Shown piece after piece: positions 36,522 to 45,597 of a stretch of 64,000 nt of DNA. Location of the stretch: the NCBI GenBank assembly GCA_947493695.1, contig CANLSF010000010.1:48225-112224 (forward strand), given 5' to 3'. Made by a program: the position numbers and the translations under genes. The DNA is from an uncultured Kiloniellaceae bacterium (GTDB taxonomy: Bacteria; Pseudomonadota; Alphaproteobacteria; Kiloniellales; Kiloniellaceae). The notes under the pieces were generated by a model. The model saw only the letters and a program-made list of their open reading frames with translations. It searched no databases and was not told where the DNA came from. Positions within the stretch are counted from its first letter, which is position 1. Each line of letters opens with the position of its first letter.

Positions 36522-36916
36522 TGGTGGCGCACACTGCGGACCTTACGCGCTCATTCGAGGCAAGGGATCTGGATCCGGTCAACTTCCGGCACGGGGATCA
36601 TGTCGCTGTCGCTTACGAGATGTTGCGTCGATACAATTTCATGGATGCCACGACCAGGTATGGGGAAAGCCTGAACGCAATAGCGACCAAAGCCGACGCG
36701 GCGGATAAGTTCAACACGACCATCACGGTCGCCTTCATGAGCCTGATCGCAGAACGCATGAGACAATCCGATTACACGGATTACAGCAGTTTTATCACCC
36801 AGAACTCCGATCTGCTGTCGAAAGACGTTCTAAAGGCCTGGTACTCGTCGGAACGCCTGCAATCGCCCCTCGCCCGCGAGGTTTTTCTCTTGCCGGATCG
36901 CCCGCTGTCAAGCTGA
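36518..36916 (+). CDS. hypothetical 132-aa protein, predicted helical, coupled to the RHH gene
   Basis: GTG 36518 / ATG 36521 overlaps the upstream TGA (36519-36521). GGAGAG SD lies upstream. No recognised motif (no PIN, Fic, RelE or HEPN signature seen). Confidence 0.55.
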   Translation: MMVAHTADLTRSFEARDLDPVNFRHGDHVAVAYEMLRRYNFMDATTRYGESLNAIATKADAADKFNTTITVAFMSLIAERMRQSDYTDYSSFITQNSDLLSKDVLKAWYSSERLQSPLAREVFLLPDRPLSS

Positions 36917-36983
36917 TGCGGTCGGGAGAAAGAGCTTGGTATCCGACCCACCGGGGAGGCGGCGGGCCGGAGTTACTTACTTT

Positions 36984-37460
36984 CTAGTTCGGCATAAGGC
37001 GCTGGCCATGGGGATTGTCAAAGATCATCAGCCAGCGGCCATCGGGCTGTTTCCGCAGGATCGCGACCGAGAGTCCGCTATTCTCAACATCCATCCCGTC
37101 GGGTGATTTGCCGGTCATACGCCAGGGCGCGAAGTGGACGGCGATATCGCCCTGAACGTAGACCTCATGTCCTGCATATTCGAAATGTGGTTTGAGGGTG
37201 AATGCGCCCTGGAACATCTGTCGAAGAACTGCTGGATCCGTAACAGGAGCACCAGGCTCAAAGACAACGGTGGCATCGGGTTCATAGCTCGCCATCACCC
37301 CAGCGATATCACCTTTGTGAAACGCAGCGGTCATCCGCTCCACCGTGGAAAGGACCCTTTTTTCTTCTTGAGACATAGCAACTCCTGGCTGGGAAAATGC
37401 AATCGCCGAAACGGCTGAGATTGCGAGAATAAAGACAAGGTTCATGAGGCTTACCGGCAT
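36984..37460 (-). CDS. exported SnoaL-like / DUF4440 (NTF2-fold) protein
   Basis: Signal peptide MPVSLMNLVFILAISAVSAIAFSQPGVA. MTAAFHKGDIAGVMASYEPDATVVFEPG is an NTF2-like pattern. AAGGAA SD precedes ATG 37460. Confidence 0.7.
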   Translation of the reverse strand: MPVSLMNLVFILAISAVSAIAFSQPGVAMSQEEKRVLSTVERMTAAFHKGDIAGVMASYEPDATVVFEPGAPVTDPAVLRQMFQGAFTLKPHFEYAGHEVYVQGDIAVHFAPWRMTGKSPDGMDVENSGLSVAILRKQPDGRWLMIFDNPHGQRLMPN

Positions 37461-37552
37461 ATGAGGGTTCCTTGTTTGATAGAGAATTTGGGCAAAGACC
37501 GGGTATCTCCACACATTGAGCGGAGATGCAGAAAAACCGGAACGTGGGTAGA

Positions 37553-38368
37553 TCAGGAAGCGGGCGAGACGATCTGCACGATCCGCGCAGCCAGATCTTG
37601 CGACCCAGGAAACGCGGGTGTCGCAGTCTGAAGCTTCAGGACGGTCAGGGCGCCTTCCATCTGTCGCGCCGCCTCAACAGCCTCGTCGTAAGTCGGAGCG
37701 TCTTTCAGGGCGTAGGCAATCCGGTCAGAGCGGACGCGCCCCATAGCCACTGCCGCAGGAAGCCTGCGTGGACAGCTGCAGTTGGCCTTGCTGTTGGCCA
37801 ACCCACAGCTCTTTGACGTGAAGGCAACCACCTCGCCACGGGCCCGCGACAGACGCTTGCGGAAATTCTCTTTGGAAATTTCCAGTACCTCTGCAGCCTC
37901 AACATGATCCAGCTCAAGGATATCGCCGAGCACGTAGGCAACACGATGCTTCAAATCCAGGCAGAGCAGCATCGCCATGGTGCAGGAAATTCTTAGCTCG
38001 TTGAGCATGACCTTGTCTTCGGGAGAGGCAACTGCCGTAGTTGAAAGACCCGTCTCAAGATCTGCCCGGAACATTTCGAAACGCAGGCCGGGATCCCGGT
38101 CACGGATCTTTTTCGCACTCAAAAGATAGTTGACCGCCACGCGATACACCCAAGTCGAAAAAGCGCTCTCGCCACGGTAAGTCGAAAGTTTGGTCACCAC
38201 CAGGATCAGGATCTCCTGCGTTGCTTCCGACGCATCCTCCGGGTTCACCAGCATGCGCATTGCCAGGTGATGAACACGCCCCTGGACTTCGCGCACAATT
38301 GCTTCCAGGGCCTTGCGGTCGCCCTGTTGTGCGGCCACGACATCTTCGTTTAAAGAGGTTTCCATCAA
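37553..38368 (-). CDS. ECF-type sigma-70 factor with an ~80-aa C-terminal extension containing C-x8-C-x-C
   Basis: Region 2 FSTWVYRVAVNYLL. Region 4 VAYVLGDILELDHVEAAEVLEISKENFRKRLSRAR. This is followed by SCGLANSKANCSCPRR and a further ~65 aa. Confidence 0.85.
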   Translation of the reverse strand: MMETSLNEDVVAAQQGDRKALEAIVREVQGRVHHLAMRMLVNPEDASEATQEILILVVTKLSTYRGESAFSTWVYRVAVNYLLSAKKIRDRDPGLRFEMFRADLETGLSTTAVASPEDKVMLNELRISCTMAMLLCLDLKHRVAYVLGDILELDHVEAAEVLEISKENFRKRLSRARGEVVAFTSKSCGLANSKANCSCPRRLPAAVAMGRVRSDRIAYALKDAPTYDEAVEAARQMEGALTVLKLQTATPAFPGSQDLAARIVQIVSPAS

Positions 38369-38503
38369 TCACTTCCGTTTCAGTTCTATAGAGTTAGACG
38401 GAACCGCAGCGCAAGCTGTGACAATTTTTTTTTGGAAGCTTTATGCACTTATCGGAAGAAGGCATGATGACAATCATCTTCAACCAAAATCCGGTCACAG
38501 TTT

Positions 38504-39580
38504 ATGGCACCGACGCCGCGCTCAGAAATTCGACGACTGTCACTGGACGAACCGCCAGACCCTGCTGAAACGCTCCGCGCGTTGGCCGACTATGCCGGTG
38601 ACGTGGAGTCCGACAAATATATGGAGGGCGTGCTCTTTGATCGCCTTCAAGGACAAGTCGCGGAACTGCTGGGCAAGGAAGCGGCGCTCTACCTACCCAG
38701 TGGCAAAATTGCACAGATGTCGGCTCTTAAAGCCCTAACGGGACGCGCAGGCTGCTCGCGTATCGCCTTGCACCCGCGTTCGCATCTGGAGGAATATGAA
38801 GCGCGCGCTTATCAGGAGCTCTGGGGCCTGACGGCGGCGCAGCTCGGCGGATATGACCGACTGTCGACAAGTGACGACCTGGACGCCATTCGCGAGCCCG
38901 TCGGCGCGCTTGTCCTGGAGATGCCGCAACGGCGTCTTGGCTGTCTTCTCCCGAAGTGGGAGGAACTGACCGCACTCAGTGAACATGCCCGCGCACGTGG
39001 GACTTATCTTCATTTGGATGGCGCACGGCTATGGGAAAGCCAGCCATACTACGACCGGCCTTTGGCGGAGATTGCCGCACTCTTCGACACCGTCTATGTG
39101 GCATTCGACAAGGGTCTAGGTGGTTTGACCGGCGCCGCCTTGGCCGGCCCTCAATGGGTCATCGACGAAGCAAAGATCTGGCAGCGCCGTGCCGGTGCCA
39201 GGGCCCTTCGCAGCTTTCCGAATCTTCTGTCCGCCTTAAAGGCCCTGGACGAACGCCTGCCACGCATGACTGAATTCCACCTGAAGGCCAAGTCACTCGC
39301 GGCGGTGTTGAGCGAGATTCCCTCGATCAGCGTTTCCCCCGACCCGCCCCATGCCAACGCCTTTCTGGTCAGCCTGCCCGGCTTACGCGAACGCGCACGC
39401 AGCGCCCGCGACCGGATCGCCAGTGAGAACGGCATCTGGCTCTTTGATGAGCCCGAGGACGCCATCGATCAATCGCTCGTTCGTTTCGAAGTCACAGTGC
39501 GGGGGGCCGCCTTCAGCCTTGACGAAGCCGAGATAAAGGCAGCAGTGACGCGGTTTTGCCAACTCGTTCTCGCCGATTGA
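38504..39580 (+). CDS. threonine aldolase / beta-eliminating lyase family PLP enzyme
   Basis: 358 aa. LYLPSGKIAQMSAL, HLDGARLWES and VAFDKGLGGLTGA (PLP-Lys context). No clear SD, so the start is uncertain. Confidence 0.7.
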   Translation: MAPTPRSEIRRLSLDEPPDPAETLRALADYAGDVESDKYMEGVLFDRLQGQVAELLGKEAALYLPSGKIAQMSALKALTGRAGCSRIALHPRSHLEEYEARAYQELWGLTAAQLGGYDRLSTSDDLDAIREPVGALVLEMPQRRLGCLLPKWEELTALSEHARARGTYLHLDGARLWESQPYYDRPLAEIAALFDTVYVAFDKGLGGLTGAALAGPQWVIDEAKIWQRRAGARALRSFPNLLSALKALDERLPRMTEFHLKAKSLAAVLSEIPSISVSPDPPHANAFLVSLPGLRERARSARDRIASENGIWLFDEPEDAIDQSLVRFEVTVRGAAFSLDEAEIKAAVTRFCQLVLAD

Positions 39581-39595
39581 CACTCTGGACAAGTG

Positions 39596-40099
39596 ATGGA
39601 CCGAAAGGCAGTCTCACTGCCTATGACAGAAGAAGAGCAAAGCACGATTCCCGACACAGGGCGCATTCACGGCGGCTTCGCGGATCTGGTCGACTACCAG
39701 CTCAGTGCATGGCGCGAGGACTATGCCGAGGTTGTCCTGGATATCCGACCACAGCACCTGAATCGCAGCGGGGTTCTGCACGGTGGTGCAGTCTCCACTC
39801 TGATTGATACTGCCTGCGGCTATGCGGGGTGTTTTTGTACGGTGGAAGGCAACTTCCGGCGGGCCCTCACGCTCTCGCTGGAAACACAGTTCATCGGTGC
39901 TGTTACAGAAGGCAAGCGTGTGACGGTAACGGCCCGCAAGACCGGTGGCGGTCGCACCATCTTTTACAGCCGCGCCGAGGTCCATGACCAAAACGGCAAG
40001 CTTCTCGCCCAGGGCGCGGGCACTTTCAAATACCGCCGGGGCAGCGAAGATCCTGAGGGCGTCCCCGCGGAAGAGCCAAAGCCCCTACACCGTCCGTAA
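39596..40099 (+). CDS. PaaI-family hotdog-fold thioesterase
   Basis: HGGAVSTLIDTACG motif. About 167 aa. Confidence 0.8.
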   Translation: MDRKAVSLPMTEEEQSTIPDTGRIHGGFADLVDYQLSAWREDYAEVVLDIRPQHLNRSGVLHGGAVSTLIDTACGYAGCFCTVEGNFRRALTLSLETQFIGAVTEGKRVTVTARKTGGGRTIFYSRAEVHDQNGKLLAQGAGTFKYRRGSEDPEGVPAEEPKPLHRP

Positions 40100-40110
40100 C
40101 AGCTTGCGCG

Positions 40111-40890
40111 TCAGCTGCCGGTAAAGTTAGGTGTTTCCTTGGCCAGAAACGCCCGAATGCCTTCACCGTAATCGTCACTGTTACAGATTTTAAACGGCGC
40201 GATCCAATCCGTTCCCTTCAGATCCAGCGGCGCCCCTGCCTTTCGGGAAAAGCTTTTGTGGGCGCGTGCGACCAACGGCGCGCCCGCTGCGATCCGCCCT
40301 GCCGTCGCCTTGACTTCTCCGTCCAGTTCTTTGTCCTCCACTACGCGCGTCACGAGGCCTTTCGCACAGGCCTCATCGGCGGTGTAGATCCGGCCCTCAA
40401 GTAGCAGTTCCAGAACCGTCGGCCGCCCGACCGCCTCGACCAATGCGATCATGGCCGCATAAGGCAAGGCATTGCCAATCCGGTTGATGGGAATACCGAT
40501 ACGTCCGGACCGCCCTGAAATGCGTAAATCGCAGTGAATGGCGAGCTCCAGTCCGCCACCGACACAGGCACCGCGGATCGCCGCCACTGTAGGATGGGGG
40601 CAATCCCGCACCGCGTCGGTCGCCCGGTCCATGATCTTGGCATAGGCTTCAGCCTGCTTGCCGTTCGCGCGCACCTTTGAAAACTCGGCAATATCCGCAC
40701 CGGCGGCAAAGGCCTTGTCCCCCGCGCCACGCAGAATGACGCAACGTAAGCTCTCATCGTCGTTGAGCTCCGTCATGACGTCACCGAGCGCGGCCCACAT
40801 TTCCAGGTTAAAGGCGTTGCGGCGCTGCGGCCGGTTCAGCGTAATCGTGGCAATCGCGCCATCGCGCTGCATTTGAACGGTCTTGGACAT
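40111..40890 (-). CDS. enoyl-CoA hydratase/isomerase (crotonase) family protein
   Basis: MSKTVQMQRDGAIATITLNRPQRRNAFN and VILRGAGDKAFAAGADI. I prefer ATG 40890; the upstream 94 codons of the track ORF look non-coding. Confidence 0.85.
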   Translation of the reverse strand: MSKTVQMQRDGAIATITLNRPQRRNAFNLEMWAALGDVMTELNDDESLRCVILRGAGDKAFAAGADIAEFSKVRANGKQAEAYAKIMDRATDAVRDCPHPTVAAIRGACVGGGLELAIHCDLRISGRSGRIGIPINRIGNALPYAAMIALVEAVGRPTVLELLLEGRIYTADEACAKGLVTRVVEDKELDGEVKATAGRIAAGAPLVARAHKSFSRKAGAPLDLKGTDWIAPFKICNSDDYGEGIRAFLAKETPNFTGS

Positions 40891-41078
40891 CGGTGCTTTC
40901 CCAAAATCTGCAGTTCTGAACGCACCAACGCCCCCATACAATTGGAGCGTTCGATGAAACGTTCGGAGGTTGTTCCACTTCCTCAGACAGAGTACGATTT
41001 TGCACTGCACAAGAGCAAGAAGCGACGAAGCTGATTGCGCATCCCGCCATCGATCACCCCACTCGGAAGGCAGCGGAA

Positions 41079-42248
41079 ATGGTTTCGAAACCCAGGTCAA
41101 CAGGCACAAGAAAAACAAAAACGAACAAGACTGCGAGCGAAAACAAAGTCGCGGCTGCCAAAAAGCCCGCATCTGCAGGCAGAAAAACCGCTACACCCAA
41201 GACCTCGAACCCCTGTTCACCCTGGCCACAAGGCAAAGATGTCAAACGCATCAATGTTGCATTGCAAGGTGGCGGCGCACACGGCGCCCTGACCTGGGGC
41301 GTCCTGGATCGTTTACTGGAAGACGACGGTATCTCCATCGAGGGAATCTCCGGAACCAGCGCAGGCGCGGTCAACGGTGCCCTACTGGCTTACGGCATCA
41401 CCGCGGGCGGGCGGGAATTCACACGCGATCTTTTGACACGCTTCTGGAAACGCATTTCCGAGATCGCCGCCACTTCACCGCTACAGCCGACTCCTTTCGA
41501 CCGGATGCTGGGCCTGGGCCGCATGGATTACTCCCCGGCTTTCATGGCGCTCGACATGATGTCGCGTGTGCTGTCGCCCTACCAGTTTAATGCACTGGCG
41601 CTCAATCCCCTGCGCGATACCATGGCCGAGTTCGTCGACTTCGAGGTCGTCCGGCATTGTAAAGAAGTCAAGCTTTTCGTCAGCGCGACCAGTGTAAAGC
41701 GTGGCCGGGTCAAGATCTTCGGGCTGGAGGAAATGTCATTGGACGCCGTCATGGCGTCCGCCTGCTTGCCGTTCCTGCAGCCGGCTGTGGAAATCGACGG
41801 CGAGCCCTATTGGGACGGTGGTTACATGGGCAACCCCGCAATCTTTCCGCTGATCTATCATACAGACAGCAGCGACGTTCTCCTGATCCAGCTGAACCCG
41901 ATCAATATCCAGGAAACCCCAAAATCCGCGCAGGAGATCCTCGACCGCCTGAATACCCTGACATTCAACTCCAGTCTGATGCGAGAGATGCGCGCGATCA
42001 AATTCGTGACGGACATCATCGACAGCGGCTACGACGACGACGGGCGGCTGAAACGCATGCTGATGCATGTGATCGATGCCGAGGACGTCATGGACGACCT
42101 GGGAGTCTCCAGCAAACTCAACGCGGACTGGGAGTTCCTGCAGTACCTGCACAAAATCGGCTATGACAGAACCGAGATCTGGCTGAAGGAAAACCGCAGT
42201 GCGCTCGGTGTCCGTTCGACCATGGACATCGAAGAGATGTATTTGTGA
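41079..42248 (+). CDS. patatin-like phospholipase with a Lys/Thr/Ala-rich N-terminal extension
   Basis: GGGAHG oxyanion motif, GTSAG (GxSxG) nucleophile and YWDGGY catalytic Asp. The first ~55 residues are basic and low-complexity. Confidence 0.85.
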   Translation: MVSKPRSTGTRKTKTNKTASENKVAAAKKPASAGRKTATPKTSNPCSPWPQGKDVKRINVALQGGGAHGALTWGVLDRLLEDDGISIEGISGTSAGAVNGALLAYGITAGGREFTRDLLTRFWKRISEIAATSPLQPTPFDRMLGLGRMDYSPAFMALDMMSRVLSPYQFNALALNPLRDTMAEFVDFEVVRHCKEVKLFVSATSVKRGRVKIFGLEEMSLDAVMASACLPFLQPAVEIDGEPYWDGGYMGNPAIFPLIYHTDSSDVLLIQLNPINIQETPKSAQEILDRLNTLTFNSSLMREMRAIKFVTDIIDSGYDDDGRLKRMLMHVIDAEDVMDDLGVSSKLNADWEFLQYLHKIGYDRTEIWLKENRSALGVRSTMDIEEMYL

Positions 42249-42934
42249 CGTCGGTCGAACCATTTTTATTCAGATTCAACGCCACGGCCCTAATCGACGA
42301 AGTACACTACAGCATCGATGTGCCTTACGGCTCATTTATGCTCAAGGCCACAACCAGCGAAGAGGAAATCACCGGCACAACGCCGCCAAGGAGTTATCGC
42401 CTGCAATCCGGTGCGCGTGTGACGGTCTGGCAAAATTCGCACGGGCGCCTCGAGCTCTTTCGTTCCAGCGTTACGGGGCAATTGTACGAAGGAGCCTACG
42501 TCGATGGCTGCGAAGCCGCTATTTGGCGCTACCAGGCTCTGCGGGACGGCATTTCGCTCACGACGGAATGCGCCTGGACGGCGCTTCCCGGCAACGCCGA
42601 CGGAGGACCGGACGGCGGACAGAATCTCACGGCTCTAACTTGGGACATCAAGCCAGGTCGAGTTTCGCTGGGAACCGATGACGTCGATTGTCTGAGAGAA
42701 CAGGCAATAGCAGGAAACCTACCCGCCCGATGGGCATCCACCCTGAGCGCCGATGCTGTGCGTCACCTCCCAGAGGGCCTCCAGGTAACGCTCCCCAAGC
42801 TCAATTCCGGAGAAAATTGCCAGGTTACATTTCTGGTGGCCTGGAACATTCCTCCTGATGATGAGGATGCCTCGACCTGGGTATCTGTGCAGGCCGGGCC
42901 GCAAATCATTCTGAAAAGTGCCGGCTGTCGATAA
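42245..42934 (+). CDS. hypothetical 229-aa protein, translationally coupled to the patatin gene
   Basis: The GTG at 42245 overlaps the patatin TGA (GTGA). No TM segment, signal peptide or recognised motif. An alternative internal ATG (MLKATT) exists. Confidence 0.5.
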   Translation: MTSVEPFLFRFNATALIDEVHYSIDVPYGSFMLKATTSEEEITGTTPPRSYRLQSGARVTVWQNSHGRLELFRSSVTGQLYEGAYVDGCEAAIWRYQALRDGISLTTECAWTALPGNADGGPDGGQNLTALTWDIKPGRVSLGTDDVDCLREQAIAGNLPARWASTLSADAVRHLPEGLQVTLPKLNSGENCQVTFLVAWNIPPDDEDASTWVSVQAGPQIILKSAGCR

Positions 42935-43060
42935 GGCCGTGGATCTTTAGGCCTGCAATCACTTCTGGACTCAGCCTTAGCCTAAATAGCGTTGCCCGCA
43001 AGGAGCCGAATGGATAAACAGAGACCTCAGAAATCGCGGCGGCATGAGCGCCGGGTCTGA

Positions 43061-43774
43061 ATGAGGGAAAGGCTGGAAATGACAACGGAAATGACAGGCA
43101 AGAGCGCTTTGACGAGTGAAACCGCCCTTACGACGGCGCGGATCCTGATGGAAATTGAAGCGGTCCTCTTCCGGCCCGACGATCCCTTTACCTTCACTTC
43201 AGGCCGCGTAAGTCCTGTCTACGTCGACTGCCGCAAGATCATTTCCTTCCCCCGCGCCCGCGCGAAGCTGATGGACGCAGCCGTCGAGATGATCACGCGG
43301 GAAATCGGTTACGAATCCCTGGACGCCATCGCCGGCGGCGAGACGGCCGGCATTCCCTTTGCCGCATGGATTGCCGAACGCCTTAACCTGCCGATGCTCT
43401 ACGTGCGCAAAAAGCCAAAAGGCTTCGGACGCGATGCACAGATCGAGGGCGCCATGAAGGAAGGCGACCGGATTCTCCTGGTCGAGGATCTAGCCACCGA
43501 TGGCGGCTCCAAGCTCAACTTCGTGGAGGCATTGCGAACCGCAGGTGCAAAAGTCAGCGATACCTTCGTGGTTTTCCACTACGGCATTTTCCCCAAAGGC
43601 ATTCAGGACCTCGCGGACAAAGGCGTTCGCCTTCACGGCCTTGCCACCTGGTGGGATGCCCTCGCCGTCGCCGAACAACAGGGCTATCTGAACGAAGAAG
43701 GCCTGGAGCAGGTTCGTGCGTTCCTGAACGACCCCAACGGCTGGTCTGCTGAGCGTGGCGGCAAAGCCGACTGA
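43061..43774 (+). CDS. pyrE: orotate phosphoribosyltransferase (long alphaproteobacterial form)
   Basis: [36 protein letters not shown] and the PRPP motif [13 protein letters not shown]. Alternative start at 43079. Confidence 0.9.
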   Translation: MRERLEMTTEMTGKSALTSETALTTARILMEIEAVLFRPDDPFTFTSGRVSPVYVDCRKIISFPRARAKLMDAAVEMITREIGYESLDAIAGGETAGIPFAAWIAERLNLPMLYVRKKPKGFGRDAQIEGAMKEGDRILLVEDLATDGGSKLNFVEALRTAGAKVSDTFVVFHYGIFPKGIQDLADKGVRLHGLATWWDALAVAEQQGYLNEEGLEQVRAFLNDPNGWSAERGGKAD

Positions 43775-43889
43775 TATTCTCCGGCTGCTCTTTCCGAACC
43801 AGGATCACAAGATTGAAAAGTCTCTGCCCCGGCAGCGGATTTGTGTCTACACTATCCATTACACAGAATCGTAATGGACGGCAGACTCT

Positions 43890-45560
43890 ATGCGGCGACT
43901 TCTCTCAGCCATCGGCGCAGTTTTTCTTGGGATCGCCACCCCATCCGCCTTAAGCGCCGAAACCCTGACCATCGGCATCACGCAATATCCTTCCTCTTTT
44001 CATCCCACGCTGGTCTCCATGCTGGCCCAACGCTATGTCGAGGGCCTGACCCTGCGGCCAATCACCGTTTACGACCATGATTGGAAGCTGGTCTGCATGC
44101 TCTGCACCGAGCTGCCTACAATCGAAAACGGCGGCGCGAAGCGCGAGACCTACGAAAAAGATGGTGAGACCAAGGAAGGCATGGCTGTCACCTACAGCCT
44201 GCACCCCGATGCAACCTGGGGCGACGGTACGCCGGTCACCAGTGACGATATGCTCTTTACCTGGGAAATGGGGCGAGACGAGCGCTCGGGCGCCGTTTCG
44301 CTTGAGGCTTTCCAGCGTATTCTCTCGATCGACGTCATCGACGAGAAGACTTTTACGCTGCATCTCGACCGGGTGACCTACAGCTATAATGCCTTCTCAC
44401 TCGCGTTGCTTCCCGCCCATATCGAACGTCCGATCTACGAGGCCAATCCTTCGGAGTATCGCAACCGCACCGCTTTCGATCGTGATCCTTTTAATCCGGG
44501 ACTGAGCTTCGGCCCCTACCGTTTGGCCGCCACAGAACAGGGCGCGACCATGGAGTTCCTCCCCAATCCAAACTGGTGGGGTCCCAAACCGGCGTTTGAC
44601 AAAATTATCGTGCGGGCAATTGAGAATACCGCCGCCCTGGAGGCCAATTTGCTGTCAGGTGCAGTGGACACCATTGCCGGCGAACTGGGATTGACACTGG
44701 ATCAGGCCCTGGCTTTTGAGAAACGCAACAGCGACAAGTTTGACATGGTCTATAAGTCGGGCCTGATCTACGAACACATAGACCTGAACCTGGACAATCC
44801 GATTTTGGCCGATAAGCGCGTGCGCAAAGCGCTGCTCCACGCACTGGATCGTGAAACTATCAGTGCCCAGCTTTTTCAGGGCCGCCAGCCGGTCGCACAT
44901 GCGTCGGTCAGTCCGCTGGATTCCGTTAACAACCCTGCAACACCAACCTACGCATACGATCCCGCCAAGGCAAAGGCACTGCTTGATGATGCCGGCTGGT
45001 CGGTGATGAAACGAGGCTTGCGCCATAACGCAGACGGCGAACGACTGACACTTGAGATCATGACCACCGCCGGGAACCGGTCCCGTGAACTGGTCCAACA
45101 GGTCCTGCAGAGTCAATGGCGGCAGATTGGAATCGACATCACAATCCGCAACCAGCCCGCGCGCGTGTTTTTCGGTGAAACCGTGAGCCGCCGCAAATTT
45201 TCCGCCATGGCTATGTTCGCCTGGATCTCCTCCCCCGAAAGCGTTCCCCTGACGACCCTCTCTTCCACCCAGATTCCGACCGAGGCCAATGGCTGGTCCG
45301 GTCAGAACTACACCGGATTTAACAATCCGGAGATGGATGCGCTGATCGACGGAATTGAACGCGAACTGGACTTCGAGAAACGAAAGGAACTCTGGGCACG
45401 ATTGCAGGTGCTATACACCGAAGAACTGCCGGTGCTGCCCCTTTATTGGCGCGCGAATGCCTTTCCGCTTCCCAAATGGCTGAAAGGCGTCCGCCCAACC
45501 GGGCATCAACTCACCACGACGCTCTGGGTCGAGGACTGGCGTGTCGAAGGCCGGAATTGA
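43890..45560 (+). CDS. ABC substrate-binding protein, family 5 (peptide/nickel/opine type)
   Basis: 556 aa. Signal peptide MRRLLSAIGAVFLGIATPSALSA. Size and pattern are those of DppA/OppA-like SBPs. Confidence 0.85.
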   Translation: MRRLLSAIGAVFLGIATPSALSAETLTIGITQYPSSFHPTLVSMLAQRYVEGLTLRPITVYDHDWKLVCMLCTELPTIENGGAKRETYEKDGETKEGMAVTYSLHPDATWGDGTPVTSDDMLFTWEMGRDERSGAVSLEAFQRILSIDVIDEKTFTLHLDRVTYSYNAFSLALLPAHIERPIYEANPSEYRNRTAFDRDPFNPGLSFGPYRLAATEQGATMEFLPNPNWWGPKPAFDKIIVRAIENTAALEANLLSGAVDTIAGELGLTLDQALAFEKRNSDKFDMVYKSGLIYEHIDLNLDNPILADKRVRKALLHALDRETISAQLFQGRQPVAHASVSPLDSVNNPATPTYAYDPAKAKALLDDAGWSVMKRGLRHNADGERLTLEIMTTAGNRSRELVQQVLQSQWRQIGIDITIRNQPARVFFGETVSRRKFSAMAMFAWISSPESVPLTTLSSTQIPTEANGWSGQNYTGFNNPEMDALIDGIERELDFEKRKELWARLQVLYTEELPVLPLYWRANAFPLPKWLKGVRPTGHQLTTTLWVEDWRVEGRN

Positions 45561-45597
45561 AATCCGGAATGCGGTCAAGCTGTCACAGAGGTAAGGC

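Noticed and set aside
40891-41172. 94-codon N-terminal extension of the crotonase ORF (track start 41172)
   Set aside because: The extension is Cys/Phe/Leu-rich nonsense, overlaps the patatin gene start, and crotonases normally begin close to the MSKTVQMQRDGAIATITLNRP-type segment. I prefer the ATG at 40890.
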